From: Chlorokybus atmophyticus
Taxonomy: Eukaryota; Plantae; Mesostigma and Chlorokybus algae
Reading direction: 5' to 3'
Length of the DNA stretch: 64,000 nt
Assembly: GCA_009103225.1 (NCBI GenBank)
Contig: RHPI01002368.1
Span: 835,397-899,396, forward strand
Made by a program: the position numbers and the translations under genes. The notes under the pieces were generated by a model. The model was not told the origin of the DNA, did no database searches, and worked only from the letters and a program-made list of their open reading frames with translations. Positions within the stretch are counted from its first letter, which is position 1. The number at the start of each line of letters is the position of its first letter. Positions 1-12,373 of the stretch are shown here, one piece after another.

Positions 1-725
1 AAGGCCAAGGGCTTGGAGGTCGCCAGGCCATAGCTATAGCCATGGCCATGGCTTCCACGATCGCCGCTGCAGTTGCAAGCCTGCACACCAGGCCAAAAGC
101 ACATGCAACCCCCCTAGGCCGATCCCTGATGCATGCATGAGGACGTTCAAAGCCACATACACACACAACCAGGCCATAGTCACCCACCGTTAAGCATGCA
201 ACCACGCATACATATGTCCAAATAGCAGCAGACAGACAGAGGCAGAATGGTTGAAACTGAAAGTCACTTAACAAGTAGACAACACAACATCACCTTACCA
301 GCTTTACAACCCTCGAGAACATACACTGCAACTTGTATTGCAATGCTATTCGCTAACTAACTCTAGCATAATCAATATACAGCCCGCACATACTGATGAG
401 CACGCGCGCACGTCCGCAACCACACCAACTCAGTTGGTAAGAAGGCTTCTTACCTGCCCCAGCCTTGTGCCATCTTCACTGTCCTCCTTGAGTGCTGCGC
501 GCTTCCATCCCCTTGCCCCGCTTCTGCTCTCTCCATCGCTGATAGACGCGCCATCCGGCACCGTCCTGTACGTGCTGCAGGAGGAGCAGGAGTGAGTAGA
601 GGAGCAGACGCATGCGCATATGCACATGCTTGTATGTGTGTGCACGTCAATCAAGGGGGCAGACACACACCTGTTCACATGCATAGTGCAACTGTCTTTA
701 ACGCCGCACTGACTAGCGCTTATGA

Positions 726-796
<71 letters not shown>

Positions 797-1101
797 CTAA
801 TTGAGGCAAACAGCGAGCGTACGCGTGTGTGTGGTTGCGTAAGTGCCTGCCTGTGCGTGTCCGCGTGCGCATGCTTGCGCATGGAGCAACGCCCACGCGC
901 ACACTCGCGTGGGCGTTGAACCATGCGCAAGCATGCGCACACGGACACATAAAACATACCAGATGCCCGTTACTATATTTGCATGAGAAAAATGCAACCC
1001 ACCTTGGTTAGGGTGAAGACCATAGCGGGACACTGCCCCGCGCAAAAGGTCCAATGCGCCTCGTTGATAGCCTTGGCCACCAGATGCACAAGTCACAACA
1101 C
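1..1101 (-). CDS. Putative exons of an unidentified gene running off the left edge (about 1101-991, 573-457, 80-<1)
   Basis: CAG acceptors and GT donors (GTGGGT, GTAAG) bracket non-repetitive GC-rich segments between CA/TG-rich introns. Frame and product are unresolved. Confidence 0.25.
729..794. repeat. (GA)n microsatellite
   Basis: Uninterrupted GA dinucleotide run. Confidence 0.98.
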
Positions 1102-2107
1102 TGCAGCAACACAATGCGCCGTAACATATGCTGCGACATACATACGCACAGGCACACGCGCACACCTCAGGTATTCAACTGGGCGAGAGTAGCGTAATAT
1201 GGGTTTTGCATAAGTGGCCAAGAACCTAGCAAAAACCTAGCTGCGGCGGCGATTGCGGTGGCGGCCGGGGCGGGGGTGGCGGGAGTTGCAACCTTGCGGC
1301 GGCGCTCTCATGGCCATGCCCGCGTCAACCGCTTAGCGTCAGGCGGTTGACTAAGCCCACAGCTGCCACTGCAACAAGGTGGGGTCATGATGTAGTGTGC
1401 AACAAGTTAACGGCCACTTACTTGCTTGCACTCAACAATGCAACAACATCCCTTCAGCTGGTTATACATTATGGGCTTGTATGCTTGCGAGAGATGCAGG
1501 GCACGCCTGCATTTGTACTCATGTGATGCGCTGCCATCTCCCATGTATATGTGTCAGACAATCCCATGTTGTATGCAAAAGGAGATAATTTCGTGACACT
1601 TGCGCTAGATCAAGAATGTGGCCTGTTGTCATGAGTGGAATACCATGGTAACGCCACCGTACTCAAAACTAACAACACTGACACGCGCATTCTGCATTGT
1701 AATTACAATGTGCGCCGAGCACCAGGGCATAATGGTAAGCTTGAGTGTGGCAGCTGAGCATATCTCTCTAGTGACGCGGAGGAAGGCAAACAGTCGTACC
1801 GCTGGACTACCGCCAAGTTTCTGCATGTGTATGCAAGGCTCGCCAGGACGTACGCTACGATCCTTAATCTGAAGGTGAAAACGAACCAGAGATTCGCAAA
1901 AATGGAGCGCAAATTTGATGACAACGCTGCCACCCTGACGAAGGAACTCTTTCGCCTGGAAATACACCTCACCCTCGTAAATGCTTTCATGGGACTTGCT
2001 TACCTCCCATTTGTGCGCGCCCTCCTAGAGGGTGCATAGTATAGCTGATGTGTGGGTGTGTAGGTGGATGTGTGGTTTGTGTGTGTGTGTGTGGGTGGGT
2101 GGGTGGG

Positions 2108-2216
2108 NNNNNNNNNNNNNNNNNNNNNNNNNNNNNNNNNNNNNNNNNNNNNNNNNNNNNNNNNNNNNNNNNNNNNNNNNNNNNNNNNNNNNNNNNNNNN
2201 NNNNNNNNNNNNNNNN
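2108..2216. other. Assembly gap (N run) flanked by G-rich sequence
   Basis: N characters in the sequence. Confidence 1.
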
Positions 2217-3238
2217 GGGGGGGGGGAGGGAGGAGTGTGCGCGTGGGCACGCGCGCGCAATAGATGGACTTTTACGACGGCGCCTAAGAGCAGGTTAGTG
2301 GTGTTGCTGTGGGAGCAGGCATGTGGGCGCTTCATATCTGATTGTGCTATGAAACACAAGTTGCTCATGATATGGATGCGTGCACATATGCATACGCACA
2401 CATTCAACGACACATGCACAAACAAACAAATGCAGACGCACGCATGCATCACTCGTTCTCTTCTTGCGAACCCACTCATGTACATTCTCCTTCCCCCCTT
2501 GCAGGTCCGCTTCCATTTGTCGAAGCTCCACTGCGGATGTGGACGTGTCCCCGCAACAGACGGATCATGCGCCACCTCGCAGTCTTGGCACTACCGCGAC
2601 GGTGTCGCCAGGGGCAGGGTTGAAACGGAGTTGGTGTTGGTTGTGATGTGTGCGTGGCCTGCCAATCTGCATAGAGTGGTGCATGTGCACGGAGTAGTTG
2701 GCACAGTATGTAGTGTGTCCAACTTGCGCACGTGTGTGTACATGTCTATGTGCATATAAGACTGGTAGGTCGTTGTGTACAGATGTGCAGAGTCCGTACA
2801 CATATGCGCATTTGTGTGTACATCATAATATGGGCTTGAGGTTATGCAATGGCATGCGCGCCACATGTTGTGTTATGCTTTGCAATTATTCTCGCCGCTT
2901 TAGTTGTTGTTATTGTCGTGCTATTTATGATCTATATGTAGTGGACACCAGGCTACTCAGCTATCCCTCACACCATGTAAACCAAGATCTTCTGCTTACT
3001 ACCCCGTAACCCCACCCTGTGACATACGCGTGAGTGTAATGTGTCAAATTTCCATGTAAAACACTGAAAGCGTCACTCGACTACGTGTAACATCAGCGGC
3101 AACTGTCAAGCGCATACCGGACTCCCTCCCCACACTGATATTTCCTCTCGCCTCCCTCGCTTCATTTGCTCCCGCTGCAGGTATGCTCTTTCTTGTGTGC
3201 TTGTGTTTCTCCGTTTTTGCATTTGCAGCGACTGTTGT

Positions 3239-3316
3239 TGTCACAGCCTACTCGACCATAAAGACTTGGTGCTTTTAAGGTCGATGTGTGGTTACTTAAT
3301 GTACCTTCCCGTTATA
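3239..3316 (-). mobile_element. Solo LTR (78 bp) of the TRIM family found at 20711-21221
   Basis: TGTCACAGCC...CCCGTTATA aligns end to end with both TRIM LTRs. It is flanked by a perfect 5-bp TSD, GTTGT (3234-3238 and 3317-3321). Confidence 0.9.
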
Positions 3317-4149
3317 GTTGTTGTCATTCTGCCCAACAGCCTTTTGTGATGGCCGCTTGCATGTATAAAGCTGTGAGCGTGTAGAGCATTCACAATGTGA
3401 GCGTCGAACCGAGAGCGAGCAGGGGTTGTCAGGGGCGACCTCCTCTACCAACTCCATCAACATTGGTAATGCTATACAACTATCCAAGGGCCATGGCTAA
3501 GGGGCAATGCATGCTGAACCAACACATTGCTTTTATGGCAAATGTGAGCAGGGCTAGGTAGGGTAGGGTAGGGTGGCCCTTGTGCACGTTAGGGTGTTGC
3601 AGCGCAATGTCTTGATGTTCATTATATGTTTAATAGCATTTATAGATTATTGTATCGCTCTTGTTGTGCACACGAGTAGGTTGGCTGTCCAACTTGCTCT
3701 ACGTGTAGTGGGTGTACAGTTTCTTGAAAAACATTTATGTTTAGCACATAAAAGTTTATGAAAAGGATTCATAAGTCTTCAATCCACCAATCAAACAAAA
3801 AGACATGCAAGTAGGATAGGAGATCATTATATGTGTTCTTAGCATGCGTTGTGTGAGCAAAGTTACAAACAACAGCTACTCACCTGTTGATTGACGAGTG
3901 TCATGTCAATGTGCGGGCTGTACATATACTTATGGTATTAAGCATCGTGTGATGCTCGAAGGATGGGATAGATGGTTTCATCAATCGCAACTGAAGGAGT
4001 CTTACGTGTTTTGGCGTGTTTGGTGACGGTTATTGCTCGAGGGTGAAGCATCGGCAGCATGGCGTTTATTGGAAGCCATTGGCGTTGAAGGATGCCATGA
4101 AACCACATCAATCAGAAAGTTACTACGCGCTACACTTTAATTGGTCGTG

Positions 4150-4617
4150 ATGTGTTCAAAGGGGCTGACGCAGCAAACGGTGATACCATGCGATGTTTAG
4201 GCATTGGTCGGAAAAGACTTAATTGTGCAGCATGTATTAGGCAACGGCAACGCGTTACAAGGGCCCTAACATGGCCAATGAAAACAAATACAAATTACGC
4301 AGTCTGAGCGCGACCTATCACGAGCGCCGCGTTAAAATACCTAATGTGTTTCTGCGGCCGAGATGTTACAAGGGGGCTAGCACGGCAACCGGGGACAACG
4401 TGCGATTTTTAAGCATCGATTGGGAAAGTGCCTTGATTGTGCAGCATGTATTAAGACAACGCGTTAAAAGGGCCCTAAAACGGCCAGCAAAATAAACACA
4501 GATCACGCAGCATGAGCGTGACCTATCACAAGCGTCACATTAAACTACCTAGTGCACAAGAGATGCAAGAGGGAATGTGTAATTGTTTCAACGGCCGAGA
4601 TGTATAGGGGGCTATGC
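4150..4617. repeat. Diverged tandem repeat, about 212-bp unit, two copies plus a partial third
   Basis: Blocks such as GTGCAGCATGTATTA, AAGGGCCCTAA, ACGCAG..TGAGCG.GACCTATCAC and GGCCGAGATGT..AGGGGGCTA recur at about 212-bp spacing. Confidence 0.75.
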
Positions 4618-4872
4618 CCCGCGCCATGCATACTCACTATACATCCTTCTGTGTGCTATCAATAACAATTGGTTGACATGCATAACTCGTCAACAGCTGC
4701 CAGTTTCTAAGATTCGCACATCCACGTGCTGCTGAGTGCCCATGCGCCCCGTTGACACACGCTTTCCACGTCTGCAAACCACTCGTGTCATTATTCTTAA
4801 TTCATGACAACACTAAGTTTCTTCTTTTTGTACAAGACTTGTCCTAATGCGCATACAAGAGGACAATGACAA

Positions 4873-6515
4873 TGGATGCTCTACAGCTTACCTTGGGGGA
4901 GGGTCTGATGTGCAACTGACTTGGCCCTCCGCCACCCCCAAATTCTGACCTTGCGCTGCGGAGTCGGTGCCATCAGTGCGTGAACGTGTATGTTGCATCC
5001 GCCGCAAGGCCACGCAAACTGCCAAGCACAAAGGTTGCCTACCAGCACGTTACGCCCTGATGGAGGAGACTGATACTCTGCAGCGTGACTTGGCATTGCA
5101 GTCGCAATCTCTTTGCATACTCATCCAAGGTCCTGAACTTTACACCTGTAGCAGAAACAGAATGCCTTAATAACCACACACACCATAGCTTGTTATGAAG
5201 AGGCAGACAAATATCAACATGAAGAGGCACGTGATCTGCCGCAACACTACTACATCACCTGTGCACTCACTTACACAATCTCAAGAGGACTTGGTTTTAT
5301 CGCTGGCTGCTTGCTGCTTTGCAACTGATGCGCTGTTGCCGGGAGCATCATCTAGCAAGGCTATGGGACTGTTGGGCGTACGCCCGGCATGCGACTGCCC
5401 CACTCTGCGCAAAGGCCCAACAACAGGTACTCGAGGCCTTTCATCTGTTCGCAAATGACCAGTTTGGGAGGCCGTGCATACTACAAGTCAGTACGGTGGG
5501 CGTATGTTAGCTGCATGTGCAGTTTAAACACAAGCATAGCAAAACAGTCAGCTTGGGCACAATGCTGGTTTGAGTGCAATCTGATTAGGTGCTTGCCTAG
5601 TGATGAATCAATTGCAGCGCTTCTGTCTGCTGAAGATCCACGCTGGAGGCTTCGACTTGCAGCGAGCGCATCCTGTTGTTACACGCAGTAAGCCAGCTGC
5701 ATGGTACGTGCAGCTGGCTTACTGCGTGTAAGCCAGCTGCACGTCGAAGCCTGTGCATTGCCCGACTGTGTATATGCACATGTTCATGTGTACCCACGCA
5801 TGTACGTGTGAAACAAACACATACAAGTGCACCAACGTGCAACGTTGTGCGCACGGCACTCGTCACAACATATATGAAGAAATAGCACACACCTGTTGCG
5901 TGGCTGTTGTCGCAGCCTTGCTGGTACCGTGCCTTCGGAGCAGACGGGCTAAGATGGAGGGTTTGTGCCTCTCGGCGTTGTTGTTGGAGGGTACGGGAAG
6001 GGGTGCAGCAGGTGAGGTGGATGGATCAGTACCAAGCTGTGCATTACTTGTGAGCAACCGCTGCTCGGGTGCCTCAGGCAGGTGCGGGCGCGGGTATCTA
6101 TCAAGTCAAGGCAACAGTCAGTCAGAGGCAATCAGGACAATCATGTCTTTATGCAGCACGTGTCATAAGTGCCTCTCAATATCTGTAACGGTGATTCACA
6201 CCAGGTCATAGGTGGCGCATTTATGACATACCCCAAGCTATCATATCCAGGGTACGCCAAGCCATCAACCACAACCCCGGCGTGTTGCGCCTGCTCAGAT
6301 GGCAACCTCCACTCAGCAGCATTGGATGCCGTCAAATGCCCTCCAGGCCTTTGGCCAAGCCTGCGGCGCTCTTCGATCTCTTTCTGCAACGCCTCTGCAC
6401 AGCAACACAAGAATTGTGTCAGTGCTTGCAATGCAGATGAATTCTTTAGTGCACGGCACTCGGGCCAAGGTTGATCAAAGCAGTAGCCATGCTGGCGCAT
6501 GCTTGAGAAATCCAT
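4873..6515 (-). CDS. Possible coding exons of an unidentified gene downstream of the MAP3K
   Basis: Splice-bounded open segments (e.g. ALQKEIEERRRLGQRPGG; GTDPSTSPAAPLPVPSNNNAERHKPSILARLLRR; VKFRTLDEYAKRLRLQ). No family recognised and no full model built. Confidence 0.3.
5648..5752. repeat. Nested inverted repeats (micro-triplication with inverted middle copy)
   Basis: Perfect 23-bp IR at 5679-5701/5709-5731, an overlapping perfect 17-bp IR at 5706-5722/5728-5744, and an outer 17-bp IR with one mismatch at 5648-5664/5736-5752. Confidence 0.9.
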
Positions 6516-6595
6516 AATATGATACCCGACTCTGCAATCTGCTGTGCACTTTTACTAAGAAAGCATACTGAAAATGCTTCCTTAGTAACACCACA

Positions 6596-9109
6596 TCATA
6601 GAGGGTACGCACCCGCAAAAGTAGGCGACCGCGGGCTTCCCCATGGCTGCTCAGCAATAGCAGCCTCCTTTGGAGGGGAGCCCACCTGCAACCGCGCCAT
6701 CATGCTCTCCCATGAGTGTTGAGTCTCCTCCGCCACCGGCTGCCAGAAACACATCATTTCAATATATGTATGCAACCCTTGCAACGAGGTGCGCACGTGC
6801 GCGCGCACATGACGCACTGGCTGTGCCAGTATGGTATGTTTAACAATGCAGCAACTTTCTAGGACAAGTACCTCAGTAACCTGTGTAATGGCCTGCATGA
6901 GCACTGCCTCCGGCCTTTGTTGTTGTTCAGGCCAGGCGTCATCTGGATTATCCTCAACGCTCTGTAACCTGAGGGAAGCGGATGGGTCCCATTCATCATC
7001 ATCGCCAACATCGGCGTTGGTGCTGCGGACACTTGCAAATCTGCACAGATAGAAACAGTTAGCTATGCGCAATGCGGCCAATTGCAAATGCCGTGCTAGT
7101 GTGTTTGCTTACCGATAGTTACCAGCAACTTCAGGAATGCTCCATTGCACATCAACAGCCGGTGCAGCGACCATGTCAACAGACGGTGCACCCGCAACAA
7201 CTTGGCTATGCACACTGCTGGACGACATTGCTTGTCCGCTGTTAGTTGATGCAAGTGACAGACAACTCTCTGCGATTTAGTCATGGCTCCTGACCTGCGC
7301 TGTGGTGAGCTGGGAGCATAGCTTGGGGCATAGCTGGCTGTCTCCGTATCAGACCACACGAATGGGTGGTTGAGCAGCTCCTCAGCAGAGAGTCTCTGCG
7401 TGGCATCCCTGAGCAACCAACATGATGTTCAACCTTAAGTCACCATTGTACCAATGATTGAGAGCCGGGTGCGGTAGTGACTGTTGCTATTGTTACTGTG
7501 TACCTTTGTAGACAGCAGTGGAGGAAATGCTGGCCTTCTTCAGAGAGATGCGCAGGTATCTCGGGGCTCTCACCCCCAACGCCAATGCGATACAACACCA
7601 ACGAAGGATCGGAAATCTCTGCCCATGGCGGCCGCCCTGTTGCCATCTCAATCACCGTGCATCCCAGAGACCAGATGTCTGCAGAGGTTCCATAGGCTGT
7701 CTGCTGTATGACCTACAATGGCGGATGTTGTACCATCAGAACCATAAAACGTTGTAGAGAGCGCTGTATGGCGCAAAAAGCACTCAGTGCCGGGGAGAAG
7801 GAATGAAAGTGCACGAACATTGTTGGCAAGTAAGCAACTTCTAAACATGGTACAAGACACCCACACACGCGCGAACACATGCACACCTCCGGTGCCATCC
7901 AGTACGGTGTGCCATGCATAGAAAGAGCTCCATGAGTTCCAGCCAAGGCCAGTATCTCTGCAATGCGCCTGTGGCATACACGGTGCATGTTAGAATAGTG
8001 TTGCTGTTGGCGTTGCTACAACAAGCCAACCCAACGAAAGAACCACATGCTGCAGTTGCAAGTGTGTGGCATGATTAGTACCCACCTGGAAGCCCCAAAG
8101 TCTCCCAACTTGACGCAGCCATCGTTGTCAACCAATACATTTGGACCTTTGATATCGCAGTGTACGATCCCATTTACATGCAGGAACACCAAGCCCTGCC
8201 AACAGGAGCGCCATGAAGAGTTTCTTGTCATGTTGCCTGTTGAATGGCTGCACATCCAGGCTCTCATATTGTCAAGGTCAAAGAATGCATGCTTACTCGC
8301 AGGATGTGCCTTGTGTAAACCCGTATGACAGGTTCTTCAAAAGTGCCTCCAAACTTGTGTTGCAAGCTGTACAGTAGTGCATAGCAAACATAACCCATCT
8401 CCGTCACAAGATGCTTACAGCAGACAAGCAGTAATCGTCAATAGCTGGCCTCGGCAAGCTGCATGCAATACCCCCAAATAAACAGTAGCAATGTGAACAA
8501 TTCATATTAGTGTCGCTCACTAACCTATGGACTGAGCCGCCAGGCATGTACTCGAGGAAAATGTTGAGAATGCCCCGACCGTCTTCCCAAGCACGCTCTG
8601 TGCCAAGGTAGCGTACAATATGGGGGCTCTGCACGCGCATTCAATGCCAATTGGGACAAGCAACATATCAAACTCTGCATGAGGTTACCCTTCACCCCTC
8701 AACCCCAACTTCATAGACCACAGCTGGTCACCTGAAGGTGACTGAGCAGTTGAATCTCATTCTCGAGTGCAGCCAGCTGCAATTCATGTTGTCAGCAACA
8801 ACTGTCCTTTCGCTGAGTCAAGCTGGAAACAAACTCAACAACTGAGATAATCTTGCAGGCAGCGCATGAGGGGGTCACCTCTTTTTCTTGTCCTACTCCA
8901 GGCGAACTCCCGAACTCAATGGTTTTGACGGCAAACAGCTGACCGGTGTCCGTGTTGAGTGCCAGATACACTTTGCCGTAGGCGCCAGCACCGATCATCT
9001 GACCGCGCACCCAGTGTCGGACGGGCAGTTGAGGTGGCGGTTGGTACACCATTGAGCGGGGTGTTGCACTAGACATAGTGCTTGCAGCTCGGTACCTTGC
9101 AAGTTGCAT
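6596..9109 (-). CDS. MEKK/NPK1-ANP-type MAP kinase kinase kinase (about 10 exons)
   Basis: Spliced kinase motifs in order: [93 protein letters not shown]. The C-terminal exons join in frame to a TGA at 6596-6598. The exact start ATG is uncertain. Confidence 0.93.
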
Positions 9110-9273
9110 TGGTCAACACCGCTGGCTAACAAAATCACATGAATTGCCGCAGAATGCATGTATCTTCACAATGCAAGTGGTCACAACATACTACCACTAT
9201 TGTCACTGACCATACGACATATTTCAGTCAGCGCTTACGACAACAACATATGTAGCACCGCAGGTGCATGGAT

Positions 9274-11870
9274 TCACTTATGATACCTTTGAGTGCGAGT
9301 GGTGCGTGCCGAGCTGGAGACGCTCATACGGTCCGCAGATGCAAGACGCTTCATAGCCCGCGTCTCACGCTGTTGGTGCAAAAAAACCCAAAGGTAAACG
9401 AAGCCAATGAGGGCAAGGATATTGATGACACAACGGCATAGCCAGATGACAAAACTCAACACAGGCTCCATATATGTTTGGCCATGTCCTCGTTGACGTC
9501 ATAACATGCACCTTGGTTTCAAAGAGCTATACCACAGAATTGACTCACCTGCACAGACCCCGACTGCTGGCGCTGGCGAAAAGCTGCCTCAGCTCGCCTG
9601 TTCTGTTCCCTGTGGACAGCATGTTCACGTACAAAGCAATACACACCGTGGTGGGCGGGCTACACCAGTGATGTACACAACCACCTAGCTGAAATCTAGT
9701 GAGTTGAAAAGATGTTGACTAACGCTTCAAAAACGCAGATGGCACAGATGCAAATCAGTTCAAGCAATGCATCCCATGCACAATGTAACTCATCATGACA
9801 GGCGCCGCACCTTTGCTTCTTGGCATGTTGACGTGCAGCTTCTCTAAGGACAGCACCCACTGTTATTGGAGCAACCACAGCTGCTGCATGCCCAGGATCC
9901 TGCACACAGGACCATGCTTTAAGCCAATTATTGTCAAGTAGCAGCTATTCAATATAGAACTCCACTGTGCTGATTGATAGTGATGACATGGACCATAGGA
10001 GAAGCGCGCAGGACCAGACAACAATACTTGGGCACTCCGCATGCGTGGCATGACTGCGCGTGCTTACCAATGAGCTATACTTCGGCACTCCCATGTACTG
10101 TGCGGCTCGGAATTCTGCTGCCCTGAATCTCCATAATGCCTGCATAAGCAATTCGATACATACAGAACTGCAACAGCATCAACGAGCATGCACACGTGTG
10201 CACACACAGGCACACACTCATGCACACACTCACATGCAGACTCACAGAGCAGGCACCTTCTTTAGCTTACGATGTTGTCTTACAATCAATCTTTCATTAC
10301 CTGCTCTTCGTGTAGCTGTGATAGTGTCTCTGTACGCCCCGGCCGCGGCGCACTCAGCGGCCGAGGCGGTAGACCCTCCAAAGCCAGTGCAGCACATGCT
10401 GACAGTGCAGGATGGACAGCTACTCCGGTTTCCACACTGCACAAATTTAATAGGCACAAGATGAGCAGCACTGTTGCTTTGTTAGCATTGGAGTCGGGCG
10501 GAAGCGGCATCACCAAATGACAGCGTGCAAAATGCCACAAGCATTGTCAAGGCTATGTACATTGTACTTCACGATGCTACTGAGTGTCCATGCATATGGC
10601 CTCACAAAACCCCAGACGGATGGTTGGATGCAGCATTATCAACATATATACCCTGGGAAAAAGGCTACATCCAGCTACCCGAGCTATTGCATAACATCAT
10701 TTATGGCGTGGACTATACGTTGTAGCGCTTTGAAGGCTACAACATCGTCAACAACTATAGCCTTGTGTGTAAAGGTGGTGTTCATCGGTCCAACCAACAT
10801 TGGTAGGACGCATGACTGAGAAACCCACAGAATTATCAACAGGTATTGGCTCTGAAAATACTCCGTGGCTCCGAAACTCATCCATAGTTATAGCCTTTGT
10901 GTGTAGCTCAACATATTAAAACCATGCCTGCGCATGCAGCCTTGCAATAGGCTGCATGCGCAGGCATCAGTTCATCATTCGTAGACATTGTGCTATGGTC
11001 ACAACATCAACGGAACATACATTTCTGCTTCTACTGCTTGACCATGCTGCATTCACATCATAGCGCATGCTTTGCGCCTGCTGAGTAGAAGCACATTCCA
11101 AGCAAGGCACCTTTCTGCTACGGAGGATGCCCTTGAAGTGGATGAAACCCTTGAAAACGAGGGGCCAAGGTCGCTGTCAACTTCTGAGATAGTGTCCACA
11201 GCGTACAAATTGCCTGCGGATACGACAGAACACACAACTTGCATTACACACAACATACAGTATACTAGCACGCTCATGTTAAGAAGTACCTTGATTTCGA
11301 GCACACAGGTTGCATAAATGCATTGTGCTTACCGTTCAAAGCATTTGAGTAATGGGCAGGGCTTTGTTTGAGCATGCTGTCGAGTATGGCACGGCGACCG
11401 CAGCACGTCACTTGCTGGAGGATTACCCAAACGCCCCATGCACATGCCGTTCAGCTCGACAACGCATGCTTGCACTCACCTCTAACAACACACAAAGCAC
11501 AATCAGCAGCAAAGGGCAGCAAAGCAGATCATGCTTGCAACCCATGCTGGCACTCACCCCGGCCTGACAAAGTAGCTGAAGGTGATCGCAAGGACACTGA
11601 GCGGGCACCGCATGTTAGTGCTCAGTGAGTAGCAGCTCTGCTGTAAGCAACAAGTATCCGTCCCGCTTGCCAGCTGGCAGCATGGATGCAATGCTTGCAT
11701 GGCCTGCTCCTCTTAGGCAATGGCATGGCTGGCAGCCACATTTTGCCGCACGTCAATGTAATAGCATGCGAAAACCTCACATAACGGCAACAAAACCCCT
11801 GAAGCCTGTCGCGGAAGAGACCGGCAACACCGCCGCCGCCGCCGCCACCACCTTCAGCACGGAATTGGGG
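9274..11870 (-). CDS. Unidentified multi-exon gene; probable last exon encodes one TM helix and a basic tail
   Basis: Several CAG/GT-bounded segments (e.g. 11217-11115 NLYAVDTISEVDSDLGPSFSRVSS; 10122-10068; 9603-9548), a GC-rich leader near 11.8 kb, and ORF 9471-9274 (VLSFVIWLCRCVINILALIGFVYLWVFL...). Frames are not resolved. Confidence 0.3.
10924..10967. repeat. Perfect 19-bp inverted repeat with a 6-nt loop
   Basis: ATGCCTGCGCATGCAGCCT-TGCAAT-AGGCTGCATGCGCAGGCAT. Confidence 0.95.
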
Positions 11871-12373
11871 TTAGAATGCCAGGGTCTGGGTTTTGCAATT
11901 AAGGTGTGGCAGATAATTTAGACAATGCAGCCGGTTGAGTCACATGCATACCGACAGCTTACGCGAAGTAACACATGCTCTCACTTGTTGACGACTGTTC
12001 AGGGCTTCACTAGTAGGTCAAAGTTACTACGTTCAGGTTTCTCCTGTTTAGACAAGCTGAGGTCAATGGAACTGCCACAATGTTACTGTAAAGCAAGGAA
12101 ACTTCCTTCCCTTAGAGTCCTTCCGTAGAGGCCAAATGATTCCGCGAAATGGCAGAGTTTTGCCGGGAGCTTGCGTACGCATTTCTGACGCAAGGCTGAC
12201 CTAGTCTAGGGTGACCTGGACAACCGAAGTACGGGTTCCACCAAGCCAATGGCGGCGTTACGCCTGTGCTAAACAGATATTTCTTTTCTTTGCTGACTCG
12301 GACATCGACCTTGTTTTGGCGGAATGCCAACAGTATTTTTTAAGGTGTGGCAGCGGCAGCGGCAGTGGCAAGC

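Noticed and set aside
430-1011. ORFs with SLSLSL/RERERE and CVCVCA/HTHTH runs (also 57054-57764 and many intronic ORFs)
   Set aside because: These are translations of microsatellites and alternating-dinucleotide introns, not proteins.
1839-2039. Short coiled-coil plus C-terminal hydrophobic ORF (LARTYATIL...LPFVRALLEGA)
   Set aside because: It looks protein-like, but the nearest upstream donor (1734) does not join in the needed phase and no family is recognisable. The adjacent gap prevents a model.
10440-10881. Protein-like plus-strand frame (WPHKTPDGWLDAALSTYIPWEKGY...)
   Set aside because: It is interrupted by stops, has no recognisable motif, and overlaps a candidate minus-strand gene. 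I cannot support a call.
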